Below, piece after piece: positions 16,950 to 27,101 of a stretch of 44,022 nucleotides of DNA. Position numbers and translations under genes: made by a program. The stretch is from Pseudomonas sp. GTDB taxonomy: Bacteria; Pseudomonadota; Gammaproteobacteria; Pseudomonadales; Pseudomonadaceae. Under the pieces are notes generated by a model, which did no database searches, was not told the DNA's origin, and saw only the letters and a list, made by a program, of their open reading frames with translations. Within the stretch, counting starts at the first letter, position 1; the number at the start of each line of letters is the position of its first letter. Where the stretch lies: assembly GCA_037994305.1 (NCBI GenBank), contig JBBNAI010000263.1, positions 1 to 44,022 on the forward strand. The letters run 5' to 3'.

Positions 16950-18868
16950 GTTTCGCCCGCAACTGGGATATCCATACCCGCACCCAGCTGATCAGCGTCG
17001 GGCCGGCCTTGTTGCTGACCCTGCTGCTGACCGGCTTCTTCACCTTTGCCCGGTTGCAGGATCTGCGCCAGGAACTCGACCACACGGGTCAGCTGATCGC
17101 TGACCAGCTCGCGCCCGCAGCCGAGTATGGTGTGCTGGCGCACAACCCGCAGGTACTCGACAACCTGCTGCGCGCGACCCTGAAGACGCCCCATGTGCGC
17201 TTCCTCGAGGTGCGCGACCGCGACGAGAACATCCTCATCTATGTCGAGCAGCCGGACCACGACAGCGGAGTCAGTGTCGAAGTGTTCCAGGCATCGATCC
17301 ACCAGCAGCGCATCGAACCCGGCAAGGCCCCGGCCCAAGGCCAGGCCGGGCAGAACGATAAACGCCCGGGCGACTACCTGGGCCGCGTGGTGGTCGGGAT
17401 GTCCAATGAAGCGCTGAGCAGCCAGCAGCAGGAAATCCTGCTCAAGGCGACCACTCTCAGCCTGCTTGCCCTGCTTCTGACCTTTCTCCTCGCACGCCAG
17501 CTGGCCAGCCGCCTGGCGCGCCCGATCAGCGCCATGGGCCGAGCCGTCGAAGCCATCCAGGCCGGCAACTACCAGAGCCAGCTGCCAGAAAGCGCTGGGG
17601 GTGAACTGGGTGAGCTGGCGCGCCATATCAACAACCTGGCCGCCGGCCTGGCCAGCGCCAGCCACGAACAGCAAACCGCCATGGAGCAGCTGATCCAGAC
17701 TCGCGAGCAGGCCGAACAGGCGAGCCGGGCCAAATCCGACTTCCTGGCCATGATGAGCCACGAACTGCGCACCCCGATGAACGGCGTGCTGGGCATGCTG
17801 CAGCTGCTGGAAACCACCGAGATGAACCAGGAGCAGGCCGAATACGCCGCCCTGGCCACCGAATCCACCGAACACCTGCTCAAGGTGATCAACGATATCC
17901 TCGACTTCTCGCGCATCGAGCGTGGTGCCCTGGAACTGGAGCGCATCCCGTTCAACCTGATCGATCTGCTGCAAGGTTCGCTACAGGTATTCCAACACAG
18001 CGCCCAGCAGCGTGGCCTGTACCTGCGCCTGCACAGCCAGCCGGGACTGGAAGACTTCGAGGTGCAGGGCGACCCGACACGCATCCGGCAGATCCTGGTC
18101 AACCTGCTGGGCAATGCGCTGAAGTTCACCGAGGACGGCGGCATCCGCATCGAAACCCACTGGCAGCCGCTGGACAACGAAGTGCTGTGGTTCACCTGCG
18201 CGGTACACGACAGCGGCATCGGTATCGCCCAGGAGCGCCTGGAGCACATGTTCGACGCCTTCCAGCAGGCCGACACCTCGATTTCCCGGCGCTACGGCGG
18301 CACCGGCCTCGGCCTGTCCATCGCCCGCACCTTGGCCGAGCGCATGGGCGGCACCTTGCACGCCTCCAGCCAGGAAGGTGCAGGCTCGGTATTCAGCCTG
18401 GAAATCCCCCTGCCGTTCCGCCCGCGCAGCGCCAGCCAGGAAATCGACCAAGCGCTGCTGGGGCCGGCCGGTGAGGGCCAGGAAGTACTGCTGGTGGAAG
18501 ACAATCCGGTCAACCAGACCGTAATCGAGGCCATGCTGCGCAGCCTTGGCTACCGCGTCACCCTGGTTGGCGATGGCGCCCAGGCGGTGCACCGTTTCAA
18601 TACCCAGCGCTTCGCCGCGATCCTGATGGATTGCCGCCTGCCAGTCATGGATGGCTACGAGGCCACGAGACAGATTCGCCAGCAGGCACCGCACTGCAAC
18701 ATCCCGATCATCGCCCTCACCGCCAACGCCCTGCAGGGCGACCGCGAAGCCTGCCTGCAGGCAGGAATGAACGATTACCTGGCCAAGCCATTCAAACGTG
18801 CAGATCTGGAACGTGTCTTGCTGCGTTGGTTGAACAACCGTAGCCAGCGCCAGGAACAGGAGTGCTAG
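16946..18868 (+). CDS. Hybrid sensor histidine kinase/response regulator (TM, HAMP, HisKA, HATPase, REC); PA1611-like
   Basis: MMSHELRTPMNG H-box, NLLGNALKF, DSGIG, GGTGLGL, REC VEDN...MDCRLP...AKP; directly upstream of fabA. Confidence 0.9.
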   Translation: MSFARNWDIHTRTQLISVGPALLLTLLLTGFFTFARLQDLRQELDHTGQLIADQLAPAAEYGVLAHNPQVLDNLLRATLKTPHVRFLEVRDRDENILIYVEQPDHDSGVSVEVFQASIHQQRIEPGKAPAQGQAGQNDKRPGDYLGRVVVGMSNEALSSQQQEILLKATTLSLLALLLTFLLARQLASRLARPISAMGRAVEAIQAGNYQSQLPESAGGELGELARHINNLAAGLASASHEQQTAMEQLIQTREQAEQASRAKSDFLAMMSHELRTPMNGVLGMLQLLETTEMNQEQAEYAALATESTEHLLKVINDILDFSRIERGALELERIPFNLIDLLQGSLQVFQHSAQQRGLYLRLHSQPGLEDFEVQGDPTRIRQILVNLLGNALKFTEDGGIRIETHWQPLDNEVLWFTCAVHDSGIGIAQERLEHMFDAFQQADTSISRRYGGTGLGLSIARTLAERMGGTLHASSQEGAGSVFSLEIPLPFRPRSASQEIDQALLGPAGEGQEVLLVEDNPVNQTVIEAMLRSLGYRVTLVGDGAQAVHRFNTQRFAAILMDCRLPVMDGYEATRQIRQQAPHCNIPIIALTANALQGDREACLQAGMNDYLAKPFKRADLERVLLRWLNNRSQRQEQEC

Positions 18869-18906
18869 AGTCAGCCGAGGCGCTTTTTCAATCGCGGGGA
18901 CAGTCC

Positions 18907-18924
18907 GGTATACAGGTGTTCACA
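18907..18924. promoter_or_regulatory. DesT/FabR-like operator upstream of fabAB
   Basis: GTATAC-AGGT-GTTCAC resembles GTGAAC-N4-GTTCAC. Confidence 0.5.
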
Positions 18925-19046
18925 GCAAACTGTGACTTTCACCAACACGCAACAGTCTATGACTACGCTGCCGACAGACGCCCAGAGCCTGCGGCGCCCA
19001 GGATGTATCGCTTAGCCCCGTGCGGCGGGGCCATTGAGGAGCTCGC

Positions 19047-19562
19047 ATGACCAAGCAAAACGCCTTCACCCGGGAAGACCTGCTGCGCTGCAGTCGTGGC
19101 GAGCTGTTCGGCCCGGGTAATGCGCAACTGCCCGCCCCCAACATGCTGATGATCGACCGCATCGCTCACATCAGCGACAACGGCGGCAAGTACGGCAAAG
19201 GCGAAATCGTCGCCGAGCTCGATATCACCCCAGACCTGTGGTTCTTCGCCTGCCACTTCGAAGGCGATCCGGTAATGCCCGGCTGCCTCGGCCTCGATGC
19301 CATGTGGCAGCTGGTCGGCTTCCACCTCGGCTGGCAGGGTAATCCCGGCCGCGGCCGCGCACTGGGCTCCGGCGAAGTGAAGTTCTTCGGCCAGGTACTG
19401 CCTACCGCGAAGAAGGTCACCTACAACATTCATATCAAGCGCACCATCAACCGCTCGCTGATCCTGGCCATCGCCGATGGCACCGTCAGCGTCGATGGTC
19501 GCGAAATTTACAGTGCCGAAGGCTTGCGCGTCGGTCTGTTCACCTCCACTGACAATTTCTAA
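19047..19562 (+). CDS. fabA: 3-hydroxydecanoyl-ACP dehydratase/isomerase
   Basis: [28 protein letters not shown]. Confidence 0.98.
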   Translation: MTKQNAFTREDLLRCSRGELFGPGNAQLPAPNMLMIDRIAHISDNGGKYGKGEIVAELDITPDLWFFACHFEGDPVMPGCLGLDAMWQLVGFHLGWQGNPGRGRALGSGEVKFFGQVLPTAKKVTYNIHIKRTINRSLILAIADGTVSVDGREIYSAEGLRVGLFTSTDNF

Positions 19563-19573
19563 GGGTTATCCGC

Positions 19574-20791
19574 ATGCGTCGCGTCGTGATCACCGGTCTG
19601 GGCATCGTTTCGTGCCTGGGCAATGACAAAGACACCGTTTCCGCCAACCTGCGTGCTGGCAAAGCGGGCATCCGCTTCAACCCGGCCTATGCAGAAATGG
19701 GCCTGCGCAGCCACGTGTCCGGCTCGGTCGACCTGAACCTGGAAGAGCTGATCGATCGCAAGATCTTCCGCTTCATGGGCGATGCCGCAGCCTATGCCTA
19801 CCTGTCGATGGAGAAGGCAATTGCCGACTCCGGCCTCACCCCGGAGCAGGTGTCCAACCCGCGCACCGGTCTGATCGCCGGCAGCGGTGGCGCCTCGACC
19901 CTGAACCAGATGGAAGCCATCGACACCCTGCGCGAAAAGGGCGTCAAGCGTATCGGCCCATACCGCGTCACCCGCACCATGGGTAGCACCGTATCGGCCT
20001 GCCTGGCCACGCCGTTCCAGATCAAGGGCGTGAACTTCTCCATTTCCTCGGCCTGCGCCACCAGCGCGCACTGCATCGGCCAGGCGATGGAACAGATCCA
20101 GCTGGGCAAGCAGGACATCGTGTTTGCCGGCGGTGGCGAGGAAGAGCACTGGAGCCAGAGCTGCCTGTTCGACGCCATGGGCGCCCTCTCCACCCAGTAC
20201 AACGAAACCCCGGAAAAAGCCTCGCGCGCCTACGACGCCAAGCGTGACGGTTTCGTCATCGCCGGTGGCGGCGGCATGGTGGTGGTCGAGGAGCTGGAAC
20301 ACGCCCTCAAGCGCGGCGCGAAGATCTACGCCGAAGTAGTCGGCTACGGCGCTACCTCCGACGGCTACGACATGGTCGCACCGAGCGGTGAAGGCGCCAT
20401 CCGCTGCATGCAGCAGGCCCTGGCCACCGTCGACGCACCGATCGACTACCTGAACACCCACGGCACCTCGACTCCGGTCGGCGACGTGGCGGAAATTCGT
20501 GGCGTACGCGCCGTGTTCGGTGACAAGGCTCCGGCCATCAGCTCGACCAAGAGCCTGTCCGGTCACTCCCTGGGCGCCGCAGGCGTACAGGAAGCGATCT
20601 ACTGCATGCTCATGATGGAAGGCAACTTCATCGCCGGCTCGGCCAACATCGACGAGCTGGACCCGGAAGTGGCCGACCTGCCGATCCTGCGCCAGACCCG
20701 CGAGAACGCCGAGCTGAACACCGTGATGAGCAACAGCTTCGGCTTCGGCGGCACCAACGCCACGCTGGTGCTGCAACGCTACAAAGGCTGA
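19574..20791 (+). CDS. fabB: Beta-ketoacyl-ACP synthase I
   Basis: [34 protein letters not shown]. Confidence 0.98.
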   Translation: MRRVVITGLGIVSCLGNDKDTVSANLRAGKAGIRFNPAYAEMGLRSHVSGSVDLNLEELIDRKIFRFMGDAAAYAYLSMEKAIADSGLTPEQVSNPRTGLIAGSGGASTLNQMEAIDTLREKGVKRIGPYRVTRTMGSTVSACLATPFQIKGVNFSISSACATSAHCIGQAMEQIQLGKQDIVFAGGGEEEHWSQSCLFDAMGALSTQYNETPEKASRAYDAKRDGFVIAGGGGMVVVEELEHALKRGAKIYAEVVGYGATSDGYDMVAPSGEGAIRCMQQALATVDAPIDYLNTHGTSTPVGDVAEIRGVRAVFGDKAPAISSTKSLSGHSLGAAGVQEAIYCMLMMEGNFIAGSANIDELDPEVADLPILRQTRENAELNTVMSNSFGFGGTNATLVLQRYKG

Positions 20792-20805
20792 TTGCTGCGG
20801 CAATG

Positions 20806-20832
20806 AAAACGGCGCCCTTGGGCGCCGTTTTT
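20806..20832. terminator. Bidirectional intrinsic terminator between convergent fabB and MCP
   Basis: AAAACGGCGCC-CTTG-GGCGCCGTTTTT. Confidence 0.85.
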
Positions 20833-20845
20833 GTTTGCCCGCGCG

Positions 20846-22471
20846 CTAGATACGAAAGCGCCCGACCAGGCCACTGAGATCGACGGCCAGACGCGACAGC
20901 TCCTGGCTGGCAGCATTGGTCTGGTCAGCTCCCGCTGATGTCTGCAGCGACAGGTCGCGAATGTTCACCAGGTTGCGGTCCACTTCGCGTGCCACTTGCG
21001 CCTGCTCTTCCGAAGCGCTGGCGATCACCAGGTTGCGTTCGTTGATCGAGGCGATGGCTACGGCGATTTCATCCAGTGCCACGCCAGCCGAGCGCGCCAC
21101 ATCGAGGGTGGAATGCGCCCGTGTGGTACTGCCTTGCATCGCGCTGACGGCTGCCTCGGTGCCCTGTTGAATGCCACCGATCATCTGCTCGATTTCCTGG
21201 GTCGACTGCTGGGTGCGATGCGCCAGCGCGCGCACCTCGTCCGCCACCACGGCAAAGCCACGCCCGGCATCCCCCGCCCGCGCCGCCTCGATGGCGGCAT
21301 TCAGCGCAAGCAAGTTGGTCTGCTCGGCAATCGAACGAATCACATCGAGCACCTGGCTGATATTGCGCACCTTGCCCGCCAGGCTTTCCACCTGCTCCGA
21401 GGTGCTGGTGACGTCGCTGGCCAGGTAGCTGATCGAATCCACCGTCTGCCGCACCTGCTCCCGACCATGCTGAGTGGTGCGGTCCGACTCGCGAGACGCT
21501 TCGGATGTACTCACCGCATTGCGCGCCACCTCCTCTACCGCCGCCGTCATCTCATTCACCGCGGTAGCCGCCTGTTCGATCTCGGCGTTCTGCAGGTGCA
21601 GACCGCGGGTGGCATCCTCGGTCACCGCATGCAGCTCCTCGGACGCCGAGGCCAACTGGCTGGAGGAGTCGGCGATGCCTCGAATAGTCGCACGCAGACT
21701 CTGCTGCATGCGTTGGAGCGATTCCAGCAGCTGCGCCGGCTCATCCTTGCCTTCGATGCGAAACTCGCTGGTCAAATCGCCAGAGGCGACCACCTGAGCC
21801 ACCTCCACCGCCTGTGTCAGGGGACGGACAATGCTGCGGGTCAGCAGCACGGCCAACGCAATAGTGATCAGCGCGGCGATCACCAGCAGAATCACCACCA
21901 TCTCCACGGCACTGGTGTATGCCGCATCACTGGATTCAGCGGCAGCCGTCGCCCCCCGCTTGTTCATTTCGGTCAGTTCGTTGAGCGCCTTGGCCATGGC
22001 ATCGGCGTGCTGGTTGAGCGCGCCGTTGGCAATCGCCACTGCTGCGTCCAGTTCGTCCTGGCGCGAGTGCGCCATGATCCGTTCCTGCTCACCCAGATAA
22101 TTGTCCTGGGCCTGCTTGAAGCGCTCGTAGGCTGCGCGCTCGTCGGCACTGGAAATCAGCTTCTCGTAGTCGCCACGCGAACCGGTCAGTTCTTCCTTGA
22201 GGCTAAGCAGGCGCTGTTCGTTCTGGCTCAGGCTCTGCGCATCACGGTTGATCAACAGGCGCAGAGTGATCGCGCGGATGCGCAGGATCTCCTGGCTCAT
22301 CTCGTTGAGCGCCTGGATGCTCGGCAACCAGTTGTTGTTCACGTCACTCGACTGCTGATGCATCCGATTCATCTGGCTCAGCGAGAAGCCGCCAAGAATC
22401 AGCATCAGCAACGCGAGCATGGCAAAGCCAAGAGCAGCGCGCGGGGCAATTTTCAGGTTGCGCAGGTACAT
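20846..22471 (-). CDS. Methyl-accepting chemotaxis protein (four-helix-bundle sensor, HAMP)
   Basis: Two TMs, NWLPS periplasmic motif, [34 protein letters not shown]. Confidence 0.95.
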   Translation of the reverse strand: MYLRNLKIAPRAALGFAMLALLMLILGGFSLSQMNRMHQQSSDVNNNWLPSIQALNEMSQEILRIRAITLRLLINRDAQSLSQNEQRLLSLKEELTGSRGDYEKLISSADERAAYERFKQAQDNYLGEQERIMAHSRQDELDAAVAIANGALNQHADAMAKALNELTEMNKRGATAAAESSDAAYTSAVEMVVILLVIAALITIALAVLLTRSIVRPLTQAVEVAQVVASGDLTSEFRIEGKDEPAQLLESLQRMQQSLRATIRGIADSSSQLASASEELHAVTEDATRGLHLQNAEIEQAATAVNEMTAAVEEVARNAVSTSEASRESDRTTQHGREQVRQTVDSISYLASDVTSTSEQVESLAGKVRNISQVLDVIRSIAEQTNLLALNAAIEAARAGDAGRGFAVVADEVRALAHRTQQSTQEIEQMIGGIQQGTEAAVSAMQGSTTRAHSTLDVARSAGVALDEIAVAIASINERNLVIASASEEQAQVAREVDRNLVNIRDLSLQTSAGADQTNAASQELSRLAVDLSGLVGRFRI

Positions 22472-22542
22472 GGCAGGTGTCCTTGACTCGGCAGTAGAAC
22501 CCTAAGCCAAGCAAAGCCCGACGCTCCACGCCAGCCGCGCAT

Positions 22543-22573
22543 AAAAAAGGCCCGACTGCATGACAGCCGGGCC
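22543..22573 (-). terminator. Intrinsic terminator after the DUF3859-like gene
   Basis: Minus strand GGCCCGGCTG-TCATG-CAGTCGGGCC-TTTTTT. Confidence 0.75.
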
Positions 22574-22589
22574 AAGGTCGATACAACCT

Positions 22590-23054
22590 TTAACGCACCT
22601 GGAAACGTTGCTCGGCCAGCAGCCGGTCACCCTGGAACACCATGAAATGCCACTCGCCGGCCACCACTTCGTAGGGCTCGGTAAACTCGTAAGCCATGAC
22701 GTCCATCGGCGCGCCAGGCATCAGTTTCTGCACGACTTCGATCTTGTCCTGGCGACGGCCATCGGCACCGACCAGCCCTGGGGTGAGATACAGCAGCGTC
22801 AGCGGCGCATCGGTAGCGACCTTGCCAGCCAAGTGGTAGCGCATGCCGAACTTGGTGCCCAGGCGCCCAGGCACCTGGTCGGTCGGCTCAATCGCCTGAT
22901 TGGCGCGGGTCAGCACGCGCTCACCCGGCTGCGGGTCCTTGATCGGGGCAGTGGCGAATACGCCGTACTCGACCGGTCCTTCGACCTGCACATCGGCCAT
23001 GGCCAGGCTGGATGCCAGGCCCAGCGCCAGTGCGCTCAGGCTGAACAGTTTCAT
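22590..23054 (-). CDS. Secreted DUF3859-like protein
   Basis: Signal peptide; VPGRLGTKFGMRY and YEFTEPYEVVAGEWHF...FQV. Confidence 0.75.
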   Translation of the reverse strand: MKLFSLSALALGLASSLAMADVQVEGPVEYGVFATAPIKDPQPGERVLTRANQAIEPTDQVPGRLGTKFGMRYHLAGKVATDAPLTLLYLTPGLVGADGRRQDKIEVVQKLMPGAPMDVMAYEFTEPYEVVAGEWHFMVFQGDRLLAEQRFQVR

Positions 23055-23086
23055 CTCGCGCTCCTAGATTGGGATGGCGCGAGGCT

Positions 23087-23115
23087 ATGACATGCGAGTT
23101 ACAACTGTGTGACAG
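23087..23115 (-). promoter_or_regulatory. Pho box (three PhoB half-sites)
   Basis: Minus strand CTGTCAC-ACAG-TTGTAAC-TCGC-ATGTCAT, 11-bp period. Confidence 0.7.
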
Positions 23116-23126
23116 TCAGGCGTCCA

Positions 23127-24149
23127 TCATTGCGGCAGTTTTACTTGCTGCTTGCGCGGCAGTACTGCAAGGAAATTGTCCCGAGCCACCTGACGCGCCA
23201 CCTTTTCCGGCAGCGCATCGAGGAACGGGTTGAATGCCGTCATGTAGTCGCCCAGGCCCTCGAAACGCCCGACCACATCCGAACCCAGCATGAAGCGCGT
23301 TGGATGACGCTCTACCAGCTGCAACCAGGCCTTTTCCGGCTGCCCGTCCTTGTCCAGCAGATAGGGACGCAGCACGCTCCAGGACAGGTCGATATACAGG
23401 TTCGGGTAGTCGACCAGCATGCGCTCCAGGGTTGGTAGGAGGAAGTCGAGCTTGTCCTGATGCCTGTGGATTTCCATGCTGGTACCGGCATGGGCCCAGA
23501 TGAAACGCACATGCGGGTGGTTGCGCAGCGGCTCCTCGACCTCCGCCAGGTACAGCGGATTACGCTCGCGCTTGGAGGTGATGTTGCTGTGCAGCAGCAC
23601 CGGCAGGTCGTACTCGGCCGCCAGGTGGTAGACCCGCGTCATCGCCTCGTTATTGGCCCGCGGCGTGTCGCCGTAGATCAGCGCTGTGAGGTCATCGTGG
23701 CGGGTGAACACCTCGCCCAGGCCCTGCCAGAGGCCGGGATCCATATCGAGCATGCGGCGTATGTGCGCATCGGCATTCTTGTCCACCGGATTGAAGCCAC
23801 TGAGGAAGGGATGAAAGCGCTCGCGCTGCTCGGCCGGCAGGCGTTTCAGTGCATCGGCCACCAGCACGTCGGTGGCGCTGTACCAATAGGCACCGGCATC
23901 GTCCCCGGCGTAGTAGCGCGGCCGTTTGGGTTCATCCTCGTGCCATTTCTTCACCACCGGAATGCCGGTGATCAACGCATGGTCGATGCGCCCGGCGGCC
24001 ATGGCCTCGAGCAAGGGCGTCATGCCGTCGCTCTCCTGGAAGAAATCCACGTAATGCAGGTGGGCATCGCTGTAGTGGTAATCGCGAGCGAGCACGGGGC
24101 ACGCCAGCAGGCTCAAGGCTGCGGCCAGCAGCAGGCGATGTCGGGGCAA
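23127..24149 (-). CDS. Secreted amidohydrolase-family (TIM-barrel) metallohydrolase
   Basis: Signal peptide, DAHLH, VLLHSN, IWAHAG, LGSD; TTG start after SD GGAGGA. Confidence 0.85.
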   Translation of the reverse strand: MPRHRLLLAAALSLLACPVLARDYHYSDAHLHYVDFFQESDGMTPLLEAMAAGRIDHALITGIPVVKKWHEDEPKRPRYYAGDDAGAYWYSATDVLVADALKRLPAEQRERFHPFLSGFNPVDKNADAHIRRMLDMDPGLWQGLGEVFTRHDDLTALIYGDTPRANNEAMTRVYHLAAEYDLPVLLHSNITSKRERNPLYLAEVEEPLRNHPHVRFIWAHAGTSMEIHRHQDKLDFLLPTLERMLVDYPNLYIDLSWSVLRPYLLDKDGQPEKAWLQLVERHPTRFMLGSDVVGRFEGLGDYMTAFNPFLDALPEKVARQVARDNFLAVLPRKQQVKLPQ

Positions 24150-24265
24150 GGGCGTTCCTCCTGAAGGTCCTGGCAAAGGTAGACCAACCTGGCAGGCGCG
24201 AGGTTCACTGGCGCAGTGCCAGCACAACGGCCATCATGCTCGGTAGCCCCGAAACGAGCCTGCCT

Positions 24266-25123
24266 ATGCGCCGTCTGCTGCCCCTGCTCACCCTGCTCTG
24301 CTGCCTGCCCCTGCAAGCTGGCGAGTTACTCACCTACCCACGCCACTCCGAGGGGGAAAACCCCGAGGCCTATGTCGTCGAACTGCTGCGCCAGGCGCTC
24401 GACAAGAGCGGCGCCGGTCACCGCCTGCAGGCCTCGGACAAGCCCATGCCACAAAGCCGCGCACAGCTCTCCCTGGAGCAGAACGACGGCCACCTGCAAG
24501 TCATGTGGACCATGACCACCCGCGAGCGCGAACAGAATCTGCTGCCGGTACGCATCCCCATTTACAAGGGTTTGATCGGCTGGCGCGTGGCCCTGGTCCG
24601 CGAAGAGGACCGCAACTGGCTGGCCTCGGTGCGCAACCTGGCCCAGCTCAAGCCCATGCGCATCGGCCAGCGCGCGGACTGGCCCGACACCCACATCCTG
24701 CGCAGCAATGGCCTGCAGGTGATCACCAGCCAGAGCTACGACAGCCTGTTTCGCATGCTCGACGCCGGACGTTTCGACCTGTTCCCGCGCGAAGTGGTGG
24801 TGGCCCATGACGAACAGCAACGCGCCAGCGCGGCCGGGCTCAAGCTGGTGGTGGACTCGCATATCGTCCTCCACTACCCCTCCGCCTTCTATTTCTTCAC
24901 CTCGCGCGCCCGCGCCGACCTCGCTGCCGATCTGCAGCGCGGCCTGGAGACCATGATTGCCGATGGCAGCTTCGACCACCTGTTCGAGCAGTATCACGGC
25001 GATGACCTGCGTCAGGCCCGGCTCGACCAGCGCCAGGTGATCGAACTGCAGAACCCGGATCTACCGGAACAGACGCCGTTCGAGCGCAGCGAGCTGTGGT
25101 ACCACCCCGACGCCCCCAAATAG
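24266..25123 (+). CDS. Periplasmic substrate-binding protein (SBP family 3-like), orphan
   Basis: Signal peptide; PVRIPIYKGLIGWR, GQRADWPDT, GRFDLFPR, GLETMIADGSFD. Confidence 0.8.
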   Translation: MRRLLPLLTLLCCLPLQAGELLTYPRHSEGENPEAYVVELLRQALDKSGAGHRLQASDKPMPQSRAQLSLEQNDGHLQVMWTMTTREREQNLLPVRIPIYKGLIGWRVALVREEDRNWLASVRNLAQLKPMRIGQRADWPDTHILRSNGLQVITSQSYDSLFRMLDAGRFDLFPREVVVAHDEQQRASAAGLKLVVDSHIVLHYPSAFYFFTSRARADLAADLQRGLETMIADGSFDHLFEQYHGDDLRQARLDQRQVIELQNPDLPEQTPFERSELWYHPDAPK

Positions 25124-25209
25124 CGCCAGTCAGCACGCGACGCACTGGTCCGACGCACCTGCCGAGTCATTCTTACGGCGCCAGCGGCATGACGCGCCGA
25201 CATCGATGA

Positions 25210-25225
25210 TGGCACTGTGCTTGCA
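25210..25225 (+). promoter_or_regulatory. sigma54 promoter
   Basis: TGGCAC-TGTGC-TTGCA, an exact consensus match 33 nt before ATG 25259. Confidence 0.8.
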
Positions 25226-25258
25226 CTGCTCCCTGCAGACTATCAAGGGAGTTCCATC

Positions 25259-26653
25259 ATGCTGCAGTTGCTGCGCACCAATGCCCGCCGCGCCGAGAAC
25301 GAAGAGGCGCTCAGCGCCCTGTTCAACCAGCACGACCTGACCACTCGCCTGCCCGAACAGCAAGCCTGGATGGGCCGCCTGAACCGCTTCAGCGATGGCC
25401 TGCACCAGCGCATCCGCACCAGCCTCGGCGCCGCCGTCGGGATCGCCTCGCACGCCCCGCAACTGGCCGATATCGCCAGCGCCAACCAGGAAAGCGGGCA
25501 GAGCCTGGCGCAATCCTCGGAGCTGATCGCCAGCGCCAGCGAGCAGGTCACCACCACCCTGGATGTCGAACTGGTACCCGGCGCCGCCGAAGTCGCCCGC
25601 CTGTCCGGCGAGGTCGCCAGCACCTTGCGCCAATGCCAGCAGAGCGGCCAGGACGTGCTCAACCAGGTCGAAGCCATCGGTGCCTGCGAGGCCGAGCTGG
25701 GCAAGGTGATCGGCAACCTGGCCGGGCAACTGGAAGAGGTCAGCAAGGTCATCGGCGTGATCGCCAGCATCTCCCAGCAAACCAATTTGCTCGCGCTCAA
25801 CGCCGCCATCGAGGCCGCCCGCGCCGGCGAGCACGGCCGCGGCTTTGCCGTGGTCGCCGAAGAGGTCCGGCGCCTGGCCGGCCATACCACCGAATCCACC
25901 GGCCAGGTCAGCCAGATCATCGAGCGTTTCCGTGACGGCATGGCCCAGCTCGGCAGTGCCGGTGAACGCATGCACCAGGCCGTGGAAGACGGCCGCGACG
26001 GCATGCTGCAGGTCGGCGCCGGTCTGGACAGCACGCGCCAGGCCATGGACCTGCTCGACGAGCGCGTCGGCCACATCGCCACCGGCACCGAGCAGATCGG
26101 CCAGGCCGTGCGCTCGATCAATGGTGACGTGCAGCAGATTGCCCAGGTCGCCGGCGACCTGCTCGGCAAGGCCGGCCAGGTGCTACGCCACAGCCAGGCC
26201 GTGCGCGAGGATGGTGACCGCCTGCTGCAAGGCCTCGGCGGCTTCCGCCTGGAGCTGCATCGTGCGGTGCAGAGCGGTGTCGAGCAACTGGCCAGCCAGT
26301 CGGCGCTCCGTGGCGACCTCGCCGGTGCCGAACGCCTGCTCAGCGAGACGCTGCGCCGCGATGCGCGTTTCGAGCTGTTCTACCTGGTCGACAGCAACGG
26401 CGTGCAGCTCTCGGAAAACATCTTCGCCAGCGACGTACCGCACCAGGACACGGCCTCCTGCCGCGGCCGCAACTGGAGCCAGCGCCCCTGGTTCCGCGCG
26501 GCGGCCGATGACCTGCGCAGCCACATCACCCCGGTCTACCGCTCTTCGGCCACCGACGACTTCTGCTTCACCGTGTCGGTGCCGATCCTCGGCCAGGATG
26601 GCCGTTTGCAGCGCGTGCTTGGCGCGGATGTGCGCCTGTCCGTACTGGTCTGA
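25259..26653 (+). CDS. Soluble chemoreceptor-like protein: MCP signalling domain plus C-terminal Cache/PDC-like domain
   Basis: [31 protein letters not shown]; no TM; C-terminal YLVDSNG...RNWSQRPWF...TPVYRSSAT...TVSVPI...VLGADV; SD AAGGGAG. Confidence 0.85.
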   Translation: MLQLLRTNARRAENEEALSALFNQHDLTTRLPEQQAWMGRLNRFSDGLHQRIRTSLGAAVGIASHAPQLADIASANQESGQSLAQSSELIASASEQVTTTLDVELVPGAAEVARLSGEVASTLRQCQQSGQDVLNQVEAIGACEAELGKVIGNLAGQLEEVSKVIGVIASISQQTNLLALNAAIEAARAGEHGRGFAVVAEEVRRLAGHTTESTGQVSQIIERFRDGMAQLGSAGERMHQAVEDGRDGMLQVGAGLDSTRQAMDLLDERVGHIATGTEQIGQAVRSINGDVQQIAQVAGDLLGKAGQVLRHSQAVREDGDRLLQGLGGFRLELHRAVQSGVEQLASQSALRGDLAGAERLLSETLRRDARFELFYLVDSNGVQLSENIFASDVPHQDTASCRGRNWSQRPWFRAAADDLRSHITPVYRSSATDDFCFTVSVPILGQDGRLQRVLGADVRLSVLV

Positions 26654-26703
26654 GACAGGGCTCCTGGGCTAGGCTGGGTCACCCAGCCTAGCGAGGAAGC
26701 ACC

Positions 26704-27099
26704 ATGATCCGTATCAGCACTGAAAGCGGCATGCGCCACAGCATCGAAATCGGCGACCACCTGCTGCACACCGATGTCCCCGTCGAATACGGCGGCAATG
26801 CCTCCGGTCCGGAACCGCACGACCTGTTCGATGCCGCCCTTGGTGCCTGCAAGGCGCTGACCCTGATGCTCTACGCCAAGCAGAAAGGCCTGCCGCTGGA
26901 AGGCCTCGACGTACGCGTCAACCGCGACGACAGCGAGGAGCGCCAGGGCATCTATCGCCTGGCCGTGGAGCTGGACCTACATGGCGCGCTGGACGATGCC
27001 CAGCGCGAACAGCTGCTGCGCGTGGCCGATCGCTGTCCCGTGCAAAAGCTGATTACCAGCGCCGACGTGCAGATCAGCACCCGCCTGGGCGATGCCTGA
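26704..27099 (+). CDS. OsmC/Ohr-family protein
   Basis: GGNASGPEPHDLFDAALGAC ... ADRCPV with two catalytic Cys. Confidence 0.88.
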   Translation: MIRISTESGMRHSIEIGDHLLHTDVPVEYGGNASGPEPHDLFDAALGACKALTLMLYAKQKGLPLEGLDVRVNRDDSEERQGIYRLAVELDLHGALDDAQREQLLRVADRCPVQKLITSADVQISTRLGDA

Positions 27100-27101
27100 A
27101 C

